Part shown: positions 27,709-38,732 of the stretch, in pieces
Layout: the number at the start of each line of letters is the position of its first letter
How positions within the stretch are numbered: the stretch's first letter is position 1
Source of the DNA: an uncultured bacterium
Lineage (GTDB): Bacteria > Acidobacteriota > Thermoanaerobaculia > Multivoradales > JAHEKO01
Assembly (NCBI GenBank): GCA_905479655.1
Contig: CAJQNK010000123.1
Span: 26,553-90,552, forward strand
DNA length: 64,000 nt
Direction of reading: 5' to 3'
Made by a program: the position numbers and the translations under genes
The notes under the pieces: model-generated
Database searches by the model: none
Seen by the model: the letters and a program-made list of their open reading frames with translations, nothing else
What the model was told of the DNA's origin: nothing

Positions 27709-29340
27709 ATGGCCAATGGTTTCTTCCGCGTCCCAGCACCGGTGAACGAACCGGTCCGCGCCTACGCGCCCGGCTCACCGGAGAAGGCCTCGCTCAAGCG
27801 GCGGCTCGACTCCATGCTCAACGAGACTGTCGAGATCCCGGTCGTCGTCGGCGGCCGCAGGATCCACACCGGCGCCACCCACGACGCCGTCTGCCCCCAC
27901 GACCACCGCCACGTGCTGGCGAAGGTCCACCAGGCCGGCGCCGCCGAGGTGGAGCAGGCGATCGCGGCGGCCCGGGTGGCGTGGCAGGGGTGGTCGGAGC
28001 TGCCCTGGGAGGCGCGGGCGGCCGTGTTCCTCAAGGCCGCCGAGCTGCTGGCCGGCCCCTGGCGCGACACGGTGAACGCCGCGACCATGCTGAACCAGTC
28101 GAAGTCGGTCTACCAGGCGGAGATCGACTCGGCCGCCGAACTGGTCGACTTCTGGCGCTTCAACCCGCACTACATGAGCAAGGTCTACGAGGACCAGCCG
28201 GGCTCGGCCCGGGGCATCTGGGACCGTGTGGAGTACCGGGCGCTGGAGGGCTTCGTCTTCGCGGTGACGCCCTTCAACTTCACGTCCATCGCCGGCAACC
28301 TCCCCACCGCCCCCGCGCTCATGGGCAACGTCGTGCTGTGGAAGCCGGCCTCGTCGGCCTGCCTGGCGGCCTGGTACATCTTCTGTCTGCTGGAGGAGGC
28401 CGGGTTGCCTCCGGGGGTCATCAACTTCGTCCCCGGGCGGGGCAGCCAGGTCGGCGACCCGGTCGTGGCCAGTCCCGACCTGGCGGGCATCCACTTCACG
28501 GGCTCCACGGGGACCTTCCAGCGGATGTGGAAGACGATCGGCGGCAACATCGAGCGCTACCGGTCCTACCCGCGGATCGTCGGGGAGACGGGGGGCAAGG
28601 ACTTCGTCTTCGCGCACCCGAGCGCCGACGTCCCGTCGTTGGTGACCGCGCTCGTCCGCGGGGCCTTCGAGTACCAGGGGCAGAAGTGCTCGGCCGCGTC
28701 CCGCGCCTACATCCCCCGCTCGTTGTGGGAGGCGGTGAGAGGGCCGCTCGTCGAGACGGTGGAGTCGTTGCCCCAGGGCCCGCCGACGGACTTCCGCAAC
28801 TTCCTCTGCGCGGTGATCGACGAGGGGGCGTTCGACGACATCATGGGCTTCATCGAGCACGCCAAGGGCAACCATGGCTTCGAGATCCTGACCGGCGGCG
28901 AGGGCGACAAGTCCGAGGGGTACTTCATCCAGCCCACGGTGGTCGTCTCGGCCGAGCCGCGCTCCAAGCTCATGCGCGAGGAGATCTTCGGTCCCGTGCT
29001 GACGATCTACGTCTACGAGGACGACGACCTGGACGCCACTCTCGAACTGGTGGACACGACCTCGCCGTACGCGCTCACCGGCGCGATCTTCGGCCGCGAC
29101 CGCAGGGACATCGAGGCGATGACCCGGCGCCTGCGTCACTCGGCCGGCAACTTCTATGTCAACGACAAGCCCACGGGCGCCGTGGTCGGTCAGCAGCCGT
29201 TCGGCGGCGGCCGGGCCTCGGGCACCAACGACAAGGCGGGCTCGGCGGTCAACCTCCTGCGCTGGGTCTCCCAGCGGGCGATCAAGGAGAGCTTCGTGCC
29301 GCCGACCGGCGTCCGCTACCCGCACCAGGACGAGGCGTGA
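27709..29340 (+). CDS. pruA: L-glutamate gamma-semialdehyde (P5C) dehydrogenase
   Basis: [78 protein letters not shown]. Confidence 0.95.
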   Translation: MANGFFRVPAPVNEPVRAYAPGSPEKASLKRRLDSMLNETVEIPVVVGGRRIHTGATHDAVCPHDHRHVLAKVHQAGAAEVEQAIAAARVAWQGWSELPWEARAAVFLKAAELLAGPWRDTVNAATMLNQSKSVYQAEIDSAAELVDFWRFNPHYMSKVYEDQPGSARGIWDRVEYRALEGFVFAVTPFNFTSIAGNLPTAPALMGNVVLWKPASSACLAAWYIFCLLEEAGLPPGVINFVPGRGSQVGDPVVASPDLAGIHFTGSTGTFQRMWKTIGGNIERYRSYPRIVGETGGKDFVFAHPSADVPSLVTALVRGAFEYQGQKCSAASRAYIPRSLWEAVRGPLVETVESLPQGPPTDFRNFLCAVIDEGAFDDIMGFIEHAKGNHGFEILTGGEGDKSEGYFIQPTVVVSAEPRSKLMREEIFGPVLTIYVYEDDDLDATLELVDTTSPYALTGAIFGRDRRDIEAMTRRLRHSAGNFYVNDKPTGAVVGQQPFGGGRASGTNDKAGSAVNLLRWVSQRAIKESFVPPTGVRYPHQDEA

Positions 29341-29744
29341 GCGGAGGGGTCGGGGGGCCGATCAGGACCCACGAGACGATCGACCGCTCGCTGTGCGGCG
29401 AGCCCCTGGAGGTCGCCGCGGGCCGCGCCCGGGTGCGCCTGGAGACCCTCCCCGTCATGGCGGCCGACGCGGCCGGCCTGGTGCACGGGGGGTTCGTCTT
29501 CGGCCTGGCGGACCACGCGGCCATGCTGGCCGTGAACGAGCCCACGGTGGTGCTGGCCGCGGCCGAGTTGCGCTTCCTGGCCCCCGTGCGGGTCGGAGAG
29601 TCCCTCGAGGCGGTGGCCTCCGTGGGGGAGGCCGAGGGACGCATGCTGCCGGTCGAGGTCACGGTGCGTCGCGGGGAGACCGAGATCCTCTCCGGCCGTC
29701 TGACCTGCGTCGTGCCGCGACGCCACGTCCTGGAGACGGGATGA
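29337..29744 (+). CDS. PaaI-family hotdog thioesterase
   Basis: [30 protein letters not shown] and ATGA overlaps. Confidence 0.88.
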   Translation: MSGGVGGPIRTHETIDRSLCGEPLEVAAGRARVRLETLPVMAADAAGLVHGGFVFGLADHAAMLAVNEPTVVLAAAELRFLAPVRVGESLEAVASVGEAEGRMLPVEVTVRRGETEILSGRLTCVVPRRHVLETG

Positions 29745-31471
29745 ACGGCGGTCTGCGGGTCGCCCGGGTGCTCGAGCGTCAGGGCGTACGCCACCTGTTC
29801 ACGCTGTGCGGCGGCCACATCTCCCCGATCCTGGTGGAGGCGAAACGTCTCGGGATCCGGGTCGTGGACGTCCGGCACGAGGTCGACGCGGTCTTCGCCG
29901 CGGACGCGGAGGCGCGGCTGACGGGGATTCCCGGCGTCGCCGCGGTCACCGCCGGCCCCGGGGTCACGAACACCATCACGGCGGTGAAGAACGCACAGAT
30001 GGCCCAGTCGCCGGTCGTCCTGCTGGGCGGGGCCACGGCCACCGTGCTGAAGGGTCGCGGCTCGCTCCAGGACATCGACCAGGTGGCGCTGATCGGTCCC
30101 CACGTGAAGTGGTCGACCACCGTCGGGCGGGTCCGTGACCTGGACGCCGCCCTGGAGCGGGCGTTCGCCCTGGCGATCGACGGCGTGCCCGGCCCGGTCT
30201 TCGTCGAGATTCCGGTCGACCTCCTCTACCCCGAGTCGTTGGTCCGGGAGTGGTACGGGGCCAAGGGCGGCGGCAAGGGGCTCGCGGGCCGCGCGCTGGC
30301 CTTCTACCTCCGTTGGCATCTCGGCCGCGTCTTCGGCGGCGCCGACGCCCCGCAGGCCGAGGTCGCGCCGCTCCCGGCGCCTCCTCCCGGGCCCCGCGGC
30401 TCGGCCGTGCGGCGGGCCACGTCGCGGCTGCGGGAGGCCGAGCGGCCGGTGCTGCTCGTGGGCAGCCAGGCGACGCTGGCGGCGGCGGAGATCGACCAGG
30501 TGGCCCGGGCGGTCGAGACCCTCGGTGTCCCGGTCTACCTGTCGGGCATGGCGCGGGGACTGTTGGGCCGGAACCATCCGCTGCAGATGCGCCACCAGCG
30601 TCGCAAGGCGTTGCGCGAAGCGGACCTGGTGGTGACCGCGGGCGTGCCGTTCGACTTCCGCCTCGACTACGGTCGTCACATCCGGCGCTCGACCCCGGTG
30701 GTCGCCGCGAATCGGAGCCGCGACGACATGACGCGCAATCGCCGCCCCGACCTGGCGATCACCGCCGATCCGGGGCGGTTCCTCCGGGAGCTGGCGGACG
30801 AGCTCGAAAGGGGGTCGGACCGCTCCGACTGGCTGCGCACCCTGCGCCTGCGGGACGAGGAGCGTGAGGCGGAGATCGCGCGCCAGGCCTCCGAGCCGGC
30901 ACGGGGCGGTCTCAACCCCCTGGCCGTCTGCTCGGCCGTAGAGGCGGCGCTGGGCGACGACAGCGTCATCGTGGCCGACGGAGGGGACTTCGTGGCGACG
31001 GCCTCGTACATCGTCTCGCCGCGCGGGCCGCTGCGCTGGCTGGACCCCGGCGTCTTCGGCACCCTGGGCGTCGGCGGCGGCTTCGCGCTCGGGGCGGCGC
31101 TGGCCCGGCCGAGCGCGGAGGTCTGGCTTCTGTGGGGCGACGGCTCAGCCGCCTACAGCCTCGCGGAGTTCGACACCTTCTGCCGTCACGATGTCGCGGT
31201 CATCGCGGTGGTCGGCAACGACGCCGGCTGGACGCAGATCGCGCGCGAGCAGGTCGAGATCCTCCACGACGACGTCGGCACCGTGCTGGCCTCGACCGAC
31301 TATGAGCGGGTCGCCGAGGGGTACGGCGGCGTGGGCCTCGATCTCGGGCCGGGCGACGATCCGGCCGAGGTCCTGGCTCGGGCCCGGGAGGTGGCGGCGT
31401 CCGGCCGGCCCGTCCTGGTGAACGCGCGGCTCGGCAAGACGGACTTTCGTAAGGGATCGATCTCGATGTGA
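29741..31471 (+). CDS. ThDP-dependent enzyme, acetolactate synthase-like / ILVBL (2-hydroxyacyl-CoA lyase) type
   Basis: [38 protein letters not shown]...GND, C-terminal [11 protein letters not shown]. Confidence 0.88.
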   Translation: MNGGLRVARVLERQGVRHLFTLCGGHISPILVEAKRLGIRVVDVRHEVDAVFAADAEARLTGIPGVAAVTAGPGVTNTITAVKNAQMAQSPVVLLGGATATVLKGRGSLQDIDQVALIGPHVKWSTTVGRVRDLDAALERAFALAIDGVPGPVFVEIPVDLLYPESLVREWYGAKGGGKGLAGRALAFYLRWHLGRVFGGADAPQAEVAPLPAPPPGPRGSAVRRATSRLREAERPVLLVGSQATLAAAEIDQVARAVETLGVPVYLSGMARGLLGRNHPLQMRHQRRKALREADLVVTAGVPFDFRLDYGRHIRRSTPVVAANRSRDDMTRNRRPDLAITADPGRFLRELADELERGSDRSDWLRTLRLRDEEREAEIARQASEPARGGLNPLAVCSAVEAALGDDSVIVADGGDFVATASYIVSPRGPLRWLDPGVFGTLGVGGGFALGAALARPSAEVWLLWGDGSAAYSLAEFDTFCRHDVAVIAVVGNDAGWTQIAREQVEILHDDVGTVLASTDYERVAEGYGGVGLDLGPGDDPAEVLARAREVAASGRPVLVNARLGKTDFRKGSISM

Positions 31472-31506
31472 TGGGGCCCCACGGGCGCCCCGGAAGGAGC
31501 CAGACC

Positions 31507-33579
31507 ATGAACTACCAGTCGATCCGGCGGCTCACCGCTGCCGTGTTTCTCGTCCTTGTTACCACCGCGCTCTCGGCGCGGCCCTTCGACGTCCACGACC
31601 TGGTCTCGATGGAGCGGCTCTCGGACCTGGCCGCCTCGCCCGACGGCTCGACCCTGGCCTTCGTCGTGCGGGAGACCGACCTCGAGGCCAACCGGGGTCG
31701 GACCGACGTCTGGCTGCTCGACCTGGGGTCGGACGGCGCGGAGCCCCGGCGCCTGACCAGCGACGAGGCCAACGACTGGAGCCCGCGCTGGAGCGCCGAC
31801 GGGGAGACCCTGTACTTCCTCTCGACCCGCAGCGGCTCGTCGCAGGTGTGGCGCGCCGACCCGTCGGGCGGTGCGGTCGAAGCGGTGACCGATCTGCCCC
31901 TGGACGTGGGCAACCTCGTCGTCTCGCCCGCCGGCCGCCGGCTCGCCGTGACCCTGGAGGTGTTCCCCGACTGCGCGGCCCTGTCCTGCACCGTGGACCG
32001 GCTGGCGGCCGAGGAGGGGAGCCCGGTGACCGGGCGCCTCTACGACTCCCTCTTCGTTCGCCACTGGGACACCTGGAAGGACGGCAGGCGCTCCCACCTC
32101 TTCGCGGTGGACCTGGAGCGACCCGACGCCGAACCCGTCGACCTGACGGGCGGTCTCGACGCCGACGTGCCGTCGAAGCCGTTCGGTGGCGACGAGGAGA
32201 TCACGTTCACGCCCGACGGGTCGGGCATCGTCTACACGGCCCGGGTCGCGGGCCGGCAGGAGGCCTGGTCCACGGACTTCGACCTCTGGCACGTACCGGT
32301 GGACGGGTCGGCCGACCCCCGCTGCCTGACGGAGAGGAACCAGGCCTGGGACACGCAGCCCGTCTTCTCGCCCGACGGCTCCCAGCTGGCCTACCTCGCC
32401 ATGGCGCGCCCCGGCTTCGAGTCGGACCGGCTGATCGTCATGCTGCGTCCCTGGCCGGAGGGCAAGGCGCGGCCCGTGGCGGTCGACTGGGACCGATCGA
32501 TCTCGTCGCTCTCCTTCTCGCCCGACGGCGGGCAGCTGTGGGTGACGGCGCAGGACACGGGCAACGTCCCGCTCTTCGCGATCGACCTGGCTACCGAGGA
32601 GGTGCGCAGGGTGGTCGAGTCCGGGCATGTCCGCTCGCCCCAGGTTGTGGGTGACCGCGTCGTGTTCGGCCGGGACAGCCTGACGGCGCCGGTGGACGTC
32701 TACTCGGTGGCGGCCGCCGGCGGGGAGATCGAGCGCCTCACGGCCTTCAACGCGGATCGCCTGAGCGAGATCGAGATGGGCGAGCCGGAGCCCTTCCAGT
32801 TCGCCGGCTTCGGCGGCGAAATGGTCCACGGCTGGGTGGTGAAGCCCCACGGCTTCGATCCCGAGAAGCTCTACCCCCTGGCGTTCCTGATCCACGGAGG
32901 TCCTCAAGGCTCCTTCGGCAACGACTTCCACTACCGCTGGAATCCCCAGACCTACGCCGGGGCCGGGTATGCGGCGGTGATGATCGACTTCCACGGCTCG
33001 ACCGGCTACGGGCAGGCGTTCACCGACTCCATCCGGCGCGACTGGGGCGGCAAGCCCCTCGAAGACCTGAAGCTGGGGCTGGCGGCCGTCCTCGCGGCCG
33101 AGCCCTGGATCGACGGGCAGCGGGCCTGCGCCCTCGGCGCCTCCTACGGCGGCTACATGATCAACTGGATCGCCGGGCAGTGGCCCGAGGCCTTCCGGTG
33201 TCTGGTGAACCACGACGGCATCTTCGACCAGAGGATGATGTACTACTCGACCGAGGAGCTGTGGTTCCCGGAATGGGAGAACGGCGGCACCTACTGGCAG
33301 GCGCCCTTCGAGTTCGAGGAGGGCAACCCGGCGGGTTTCGTGGACCGGTGGAAGACGCCCATGCTGGTCATCCACGGCGCCCTCGACTACCGGGTTCCCG
33401 GGACCCAGGGGCTCGCGACCTTCACCGCGCTCCAGCGCAAGGGCATCCCGAGCCGCCTCCTGTGGTTCCCCGACGAGAATCACTGGGTGCTCCAACCCGC
33501 CAACAGCGTGCTCTGGCACGAGACGGTGGGGGAGTGGCTGGACCGCTGGACCGCGCCCGGATCGTCTCCCGAGAAGTGA
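31507..33579 (+). CDS. Secreted S9-family peptidase (PD40 propeller + alpha/beta hydrolase)
   Basis: Signal peptide; SPDG repeats; IHGGPQG, GASYGG, LDYRV, DENHW. Confidence 0.93.
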   Translation: MNYQSIRRLTAAVFLVLVTTALSARPFDVHDLVSMERLSDLAASPDGSTLAFVVRETDLEANRGRTDVWLLDLGSDGAEPRRLTSDEANDWSPRWSADGETLYFLSTRSGSSQVWRADPSGGAVEAVTDLPLDVGNLVVSPAGRRLAVTLEVFPDCAALSCTVDRLAAEEGSPVTGRLYDSLFVRHWDTWKDGRRSHLFAVDLERPDAEPVDLTGGLDADVPSKPFGGDEEITFTPDGSGIVYTARVAGRQEAWSTDFDLWHVPVDGSADPRCLTERNQAWDTQPVFSPDGSQLAYLAMARPGFESDRLIVMLRPWPEGKARPVAVDWDRSISSLSFSPDGGQLWVTAQDTGNVPLFAIDLATEEVRRVVESGHVRSPQVVGDRVVFGRDSLTAPVDVYSVAAAGGEIERLTAFNADRLSEIEMGEPEPFQFAGFGGEMVHGWVVKPHGFDPEKLYPLAFLIHGGPQGSFGNDFHYRWNPQTYAGAGYAAVMIDFHGSTGYGQAFTDSIRRDWGGKPLEDLKLGLAAVLAAEPWIDGQRACALGASYGGYMINWIAGQWPEAFRCLVNHDGIFDQRMMYYSTEELWFPEWENGGTYWQAPFEFEEGNPAGFVDRWKTPMLVIHGALDYRVPGTQGLATFTALQRKGIPSRLLWFPDENHWVLQPANSVLWHETVGEWLDRWTAPGSSPEK

Positions 33580-33604
33580 CGCCGCGCCGCGCCCGGGCGG
33601 GGCC

Positions 33605-34375
33605 TCAGCGGGCCTGCGGGTCGGCGGGGGAGAGGAGCGACCCGGCGCGCTCGAGGATGCTCGTGACGAAGCCCGTCAGGGCTTCGCGGTCGGCTCGGCT
33701 CATCCTCACGAAGCGCACGCCGAGACGGATCCGGCTTGCCGTCTCGTCCTTCACGCCCTCCGCCGGTACGAGCTTCGGCGATGCCGGCGGCTCCATCGAG
33801 TAGATCCCCTCTCCTTCAGCGCGGAGTCGCAGACCCTCTTCCAGGGTGATGTCCAGCCGCAGGGTCTGGCCGACCAGCCCGTGTCGCGCCTCGTCGGGGT
33901 ACGGGATCTCGATGAGCATGCCCCCGAGGCTGAGACTGATGACCTCGAACGAGGAGCCGCCCTCGAGGTCGACCTCGGAGCCCTCGTCGAGCGCGAACCG
34001 CCCGAACAGCCGCGGGTCGGGCGAGACCACGGCCCGCTCGCCGAGGAAATCGATCCACTCGCGGCCGTCGTCCGAGAGGATGTCCCGGAAGCGGATCCCG
34101 GCTCGATAGACCGGGAAGATGTCTCCGGCGCCGTTTCTCTCGGTGCGGACGAGGGTGCACCAGACCACCCGGCCCGTGAGGCGCAGATCGCCCTCTTCCC
34201 GTGTCACCCGGAGGGAGTAGTCGCGGCCGACGCCCAGGTAGGTGTGGGTCTCGATCCCGACCCCGTTGACGCTGACATCGACGATGTCGACGTCGGCGTT
34301 GAGCGCGAAGTGACCGCGGATTCCCTCGACCTCGTATCGAGGGTGCGTGCGTCGATGGTGTTGTGCCTTTGCCAT
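33605..34375 (-). CDS. PilZ-domain protein (tandem PilZ-like)
   Basis: RRTHPR (RxxxR), DVSVNGVGI, GRVVW, AGIRF; second degenerate copy SLSLGGMLI..LGVRF. Confidence 0.8.
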   Translation of the reverse strand: MAKAQHHRRTHPRYEVEGIRGHFALNADVDIVDVSVNGVGIETHTYLGVGRDYSLRVTREEGDLRLTGRVVWCTLVRTERNGAGDIFPVYRAGIRFRDILSDDGREWIDFLGERAVVSPDPRLFGRFALDEGSEVDLEGGSSFEVISLSLGGMLIEIPYPDEARHGLVGQTLRLDITLEEGLRLRAEGEGIYSMEPPASPKLVPAEGVKDETASRIRLGVRFVRMSRADREALTGFVTSILERAGSLLSPADPQAR

Positions 34376-34519
34376 GGTCCAGGGACGGGGAGAGACGGTC
34401 CGCCTGACTGCGCCGATCACCGATCATCCTACTTCGCGATCACGGGTCAGGCAAACGCGGGGACGGCGCGGCGGACATCCTCCGGCCGACATCGGCGCGG
34501 AGGGCGATACACTCCCGGC

Positions 34520-34933
34520 ATGTCCGACCGCAAGTACCGGCAACGGGGTTACCGGGACGACGAGCGCCCGCGCGGCGAGGTCGCTCGGGGGCCTCGTCCC
34601 GAGCGCGAGGGCCCCCGGGGCCGGGGTCTCGGCGCGCCGACGAAGACCGTCTTCCGTTGCGCCCGCTGTGGCACCCTCGCGCGGCCTGGCGCGGAGGTCG
34701 GCCCCACCGCCGTCTGCCCCAAGTGCGACTCGGATCTCCACACCTGCACCAACTGCCGGCACTTCGACACGTCCGCTCCGGGCGAGTGTCGGGTCGCGGC
34801 GGCGCCGAGGGTCGCCGCGAAGGCGAAGCGCAACGAGTGCAGCCACTTCGAGCCGAAGGCGACCCAGGAGTTCGACTCCGGGTCCCAGCCGGACGATCCG
34901 CGCGCGGCGTTCGACGCGCTCTTCGATTTCTAG
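34520..34933 (+). CDS. Cys-rich (8 Cys) putative metal-binding protein
   Basis: CARC, CPKC, CTNC, GEC, NEC; ends RAAFDALFDF; TACACT 6 nt before ATG. Confidence 0.75.
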   Translation: MSDRKYRQRGYRDDERPRGEVARGPRPEREGPRGRGLGAPTKTVFRCARCGTLARPGAEVGPTAVCPKCDSDLHTCTNCRHFDTSAPGECRVAAAPRVAAKAKRNECSHFEPKATQEFDSGSQPDDPRAAFDALFDF

Positions 34934-34953
34934 CCTGAAGGAGGGCCGCGCCC

Positions 34954-36321
34954 ATGACCGGGATCGTCAGCGCCGTTTCTAGCTTCGTTTGGGGACCGTT
35001 CCTCCTCATCCCCCTGCTGCTCGCCACGGGTCTCTACCTCACGGTGAGGCTCCGGGGCCTCCAGTTCACCAAGCTCGGGGAGTCGCTCTGGCTCGGGCTC
35101 ATCGTCCGCAAGGAGAAGGGCGCCGAGGGCGATATCTCCCACTTCCAGGCGCTGATGACGGCGCTGGCGGCCACCGTCGGCACGGGCAACATCGTGGGGG
35201 TCGCCACCGCGATCGCCGCGGGTGGCCCGGGGGCCCTGTTCTGGATGTGGATCACCGGCCTCGTCGGGATGGCGACGAAGTACTCCGAGGCCCTGCTGTC
35301 GGTCAAGTTCCGTTCCACGGACGAGGCCGGCCAGCAGTGCGGGGGCCCCATGTATTACCTGGCGGCGGGCCTGAAGTCGAAGGGCCTGGGCCGGTTCCTC
35401 GGCGCCGCCTTCGCTCTGTTCGCCGCCGTCGCGGCCTTCGGCATCGGCAACATGGTCCAGTCCAACTCGGTGGCCGACTCCCTCCACGACGCCTTCGGCG
35501 TTCCCGAGTACGCCACCGGCCTTGCGATCGCCGTGCTCGCCGGCCTGGTGATCCTCGGCGGGATCCGCTCGATCGGTCGCTTCACCGGTTTCTTCGTGCC
35601 GCTGATGATCGCCGCCTACGTGATCGGGGCGGGCGTGGTGTTGGTGCTGCACGCGGATCGGATCCCCCACGCCCTCGGGCTGGTATTCGGTAGCGCCCTG
35701 AGCGGCACGGCCGCTGCGGGCGGCTTTCTCGGGGCCGGCGTCGCCCAGGCCATTCGCTTCGGCGTGGCCCGCGGGATCTTCTCGAACGAGTCGGGCCTCG
35801 GGTCGGCGGGCATCGCCGCCGCCGCCGCCCAGACCCGGGAGCCGGTGCGCCAGGCGATGGTCTCCATGACGCAGACCTTCATCGACACCCTCGTCGTCTG
35901 CTCCTTCACCGGTCTGGCGATCCTCACCACCGACGCCTGGCAGTCGGGCCTCGACGGCGCGGCCCTGACCCAACTGGCGTTCCGCGACGGACTCCCCGGC
36001 TCCTGGGGCGACCGGGTCGTGGCCGTGAGCCTCGCGATGTTCGCCTTCTCGACGATTCTCGGGTGGAGCTACTACGGCGAGAAGAGCATCGAGTTCCTCT
36101 TCGGTCGCCGCCTGATCTTCCCGTACCGCCTGCTCTTCATCGTTGCCACCTTCTACGGCGCCATCCGCTCCCTGGAGTTCGTCTGGACCCTCTCGGACGC
36201 CATGAACGGCCTGATGGCGCTCCCCAACCTGGTGGGTCTGCTGCTGCTGTCGGGGGTGGTCGTCGCGGAGACGCGGAGCTACTTCGCGCGCAAGGCGACC
36301 GGCGAGACCGAGGAAGGCTGA
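34954..36321 (+). CDS. Alanine/glycine:cation symporter (AGCS family)
   Basis: [62 protein letters not shown]. Confidence 0.95.
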   Translation: MTGIVSAVSSFVWGPFLLIPLLLATGLYLTVRLRGLQFTKLGESLWLGLIVRKEKGAEGDISHFQALMTALAATVGTGNIVGVATAIAAGGPGALFWMWITGLVGMATKYSEALLSVKFRSTDEAGQQCGGPMYYLAAGLKSKGLGRFLGAAFALFAAVAAFGIGNMVQSNSVADSLHDAFGVPEYATGLAIAVLAGLVILGGIRSIGRFTGFFVPLMIAAYVIGAGVVLVLHADRIPHALGLVFGSALSGTAAAGGFLGAGVAQAIRFGVARGIFSNESGLGSAGIAAAAAQTREPVRQAMVSMTQTFIDTLVVCSFTGLAILTTDAWQSGLDGAALTQLAFRDGLPGSWGDRVVAVSLAMFAFSTILGWSYYGEKSIEFLFGRRLIFPYRLLFIVATFYGAIRSLEFVWTLSDAMNGLMALPNLVGLLLLSGVVVAETRSYFARKATGETEEG

Positions 36322-36362
36322 CCCGGCTCCCGAGAGCCTCCGACAGCCCTGACCCCTCGACG

Positions 36363-36390
36363 CCTTCGCGCCTTTGCGCCTTTGCGTGAG
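36363..36390. repeat. Intergenic octamer tandem repeat (CCTTYGCG)x3-TGAG, copy 1
   Basis: ccttcgcg cctttgcg cctttgcg tgag. Confidence 0.6.
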
Positions 36391-36430
36391 GCTCTACGCC
36401 CGCCCGCCCGCAGCCGGGACGCCGACCCTT

Positions 36431-38683
36431 CTAGTCCACGTACCCTAGCGCCCGCAGGCTGTCGAGCGTCTCGTCGTCCAGATCGGAGAGCGGAGCCCCG
36501 GTCTCGAGCTGGAGGCCGATCTCGACCCAGGCCGACAGCAGGCCCCGGAGCCAGTGGGCCTCGGGGATGTCGTCGCCCGCCAGGTTCACCTGCTCGCCCG
36601 GGTCCGCCCGGAGGTCGAAGAGGTACTCGACGTCCCGGCTGCGGCCCAGACCCTGCCCCATACCCCAGGTGGTACCGGCGCGCGGGGCGTGGATCAGCTT
36701 GTAGTGCTCCGTTCGGGCCGTGAACTCGCCGCCCTCGACGCTCGACGCGGCCGCGAACTGCACGGGGCGCTCCGGGGCGGTTCCGCCGGCGAGGAGCGGC
36801 CACAGGGATCGTCCGGCCGCGGGCTCCGCCGCGTCGCCGGCCGCGGCGTCGGCCAGGGCGGCCAGCGTCGCGTGCAGGTCGACGTTGTCGGTGTTGGCCG
36901 TGACCACGCCGGGTTCGACGTGCCCGGGCCAGTGGAAGACGAGCGGGATCCGGAGTTGCTCGTCGTAGAGCGTCCAGCCGTGCAGCACGCCACCGTGCTC
37001 GAAGAGCTCCTCGCCGTGGTCGGAGGTGATGATCAGGAGGACCTCCTCCGGGGGCACGCGGCGGTGAAGCTCGGCCAGGAAGCGCTCGAGCTCCCGGTCG
37101 TTGTAGGCGAGGCCGCCCGCGTAGAGGCCCCGCAGGCGTCTCCGGTCGGCCTCCGAGGTCTGCCGGCGCTGGTACTGCACGTCCCGTAGGGTCTTCGTGG
37201 AGCCGTCGATCGTCGAGCCGGCGCCGTCGGCGAGAGCGGAGAGGAACGGCTCGGGCGGATCGTACGGGTTGTGCGGGTGGATCGTCTGGATGTGCAGGAA
37301 GGCCGGCTGCCCCTCGGGCAGGCCGTCGAGCCACTCGAGAGTCGCGTGGTGGACCCGCTCCGCGTTGTCGTTGAACGCCGGGTTCTCGTTCTGGTACGAG
37401 CCGAATAGGATGCTGCGTGGTGCGGTGTCGAAGCCGCGGGTGAGACCCTGGGCGGAGGTGATGTTGCCGTTGCCCGTGAACAGGCCGGTGGCACGGCCGG
37501 CCCGGCGGAAGCGCTCGGCGATCGTCACCGGGCCGTCGTCCGGCAGCTGCCAGCCGCCGCGGGTCAGGAAGACCATGCCGGTGAACAGCGACTTGGTGGA
37601 CGGCAGCGTGTTGGGCGCGACCGAGAAGTGGTGCGTGAAGGTCGTACCCTCGGCCGCGAGGCGGTCGATGATGGGGGTCGCCTCGGCGGGACTACCGAGG
37701 TGGCCCACGAAATCGGTGCGCAGGGCGTCGAGGACGTAGACGACGACCAGACGCGGAAGCTCCGGCGTCGCGCCCGAGGAAGGAGTGGCGCTCTCGTCGT
37801 CGCCGCCGGGCTCGGCCGGGCCCTCTCCGCCGACGTGCCGCAGCGCGAGGCCGGTCCAGCGGGCCGGAGGCCCCTCGCCGCGTGCCTCCAGGCGCACGCG
37901 GACGAACTCCGTTCCGTCCGGGATCGGCGCCTCGAAGGTCGGATCTCCGCCGAACCAGCCCGTGCCGGGCCAGGTGAAGACCTCCTCGTCGTCTCCCAGG
38001 TCGGCTCGCAGACGCACCGCGAACGACTGGTCGGCGTCGCCGTCGGCGGGGGGCTCCAGGCGGCCCACCAGGGCCTGGGCACCGTGGGCCGGGACGGTGA
38101 GCTCCACCGTCGACCAGCCGGACTGCACGAGATCGGAGCCGTCGACCGACGCCCCGCCGGCGGGCAGCGCGGGCACGATCCCGACGTTGGCGAGCGAGAC
38201 GAGGGTCTCGCCCGTGACGACGTCGATCGGCAGGCGACCGGTGGGGAGATCGGCCGGCAGGGGCACCTCGACCCGGCCGGCGAGAGGGTACCTGCCGAGA
38301 CTCCGGCCCGCGATCGCGATCTGCATCGTTCCGTCCGCCGGACCTTCCCGCACCTCGGAGTCGAGCACGAGGGTGCGGGGCCGCGCCTCGAGAACGACGA
38401 CCTCGAGGCGTGCCCCGGCCCTCTGCGGCGTGAGCGCGAGCGCCCCGGGGTTCTTGTGGGGCCACCAACCGACGAGATACCGGTTGCCGCCCGTCGCAGC
38501 GGGGGGCAGCTCGAGGCGGCGGGTCTCGAAGAGCACCTCGGGGGCCACCAGGCCGTCCAGGATGGCTGCGTCGCCGGGCTCGCGGATGCGGGTTCCGCCG
38601 CAGCCGGCGGCGAGCAGGGCGAAGAGCGCGAGGGCACCGCGCGCGGCGAGCGAGCGGGTCACGGGGATTCCTGGATCGTGCAT
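36431..38683 (-). CDS. Lipoprotein with C-terminal sulfatase-like (alkaline phosphatase superfamily) domain
   Basis: Lipobox LAAGC; YVLDALRTD, APNTLPSTKSLFTG, IHPHNPY, TSDHGEE..HG, LRALGYVD. Confidence 0.85.
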   Translation of the reverse strand: MHDPGIPVTRSLAARGALALFALLAAGCGGTRIREPGDAAILDGLVAPEVLFETRRLELPPAATGGNRYLVGWWPHKNPGALALTPQRAGARLEVVVLEARPRTLVLDSEVREGPADGTMQIAIAGRSLGRYPLAGRVEVPLPADLPTGRLPIDVVTGETLVSLANVGIVPALPAGGASVDGSDLVQSGWSTVELTVPAHGAQALVGRLEPPADGDADQSFAVRLRADLGDDEEVFTWPGTGWFGGDPTFEAPIPDGTEFVRVRLEARGEGPPARWTGLALRHVGGEGPAEPGGDDESATPSSGATPELPRLVVVYVLDALRTDFVGHLGSPAEATPIIDRLAAEGTTFTHHFSVAPNTLPSTKSLFTGMVFLTRGGWQLPDDGPVTIAERFRRAGRATGLFTGNGNITSAQGLTRGFDTAPRSILFGSYQNENPAFNDNAERVHHATLEWLDGLPEGQPAFLHIQTIHPHNPYDPPEPFLSALADGAGSTIDGSTKTLRDVQYQRRQTSEADRRRLRGLYAGGLAYNDRELERFLAELHRRVPPEEVLLIITSDHGEELFEHGGVLHGWTLYDEQLRIPLVFHWPGHVEPGVVTANTDNVDLHATLAALADAAAGDAAEPAAGRSLWPLLAGGTAPERPVQFAAASSVEGGEFTARTEHYKLIHAPRAGTTWGMGQGLGRSRDVEYLFDLRADPGEQVNLAGDDIPEAHWLRGLLSAWVEIGLQLETGAPLSDLDDETLDSLRALGYVD

Positions 38684-38732
38684 CGGGGGTACCTCCGGGC
38701 GGGGCGGACGAGTATAGCCAGCCTGCTCGAGG

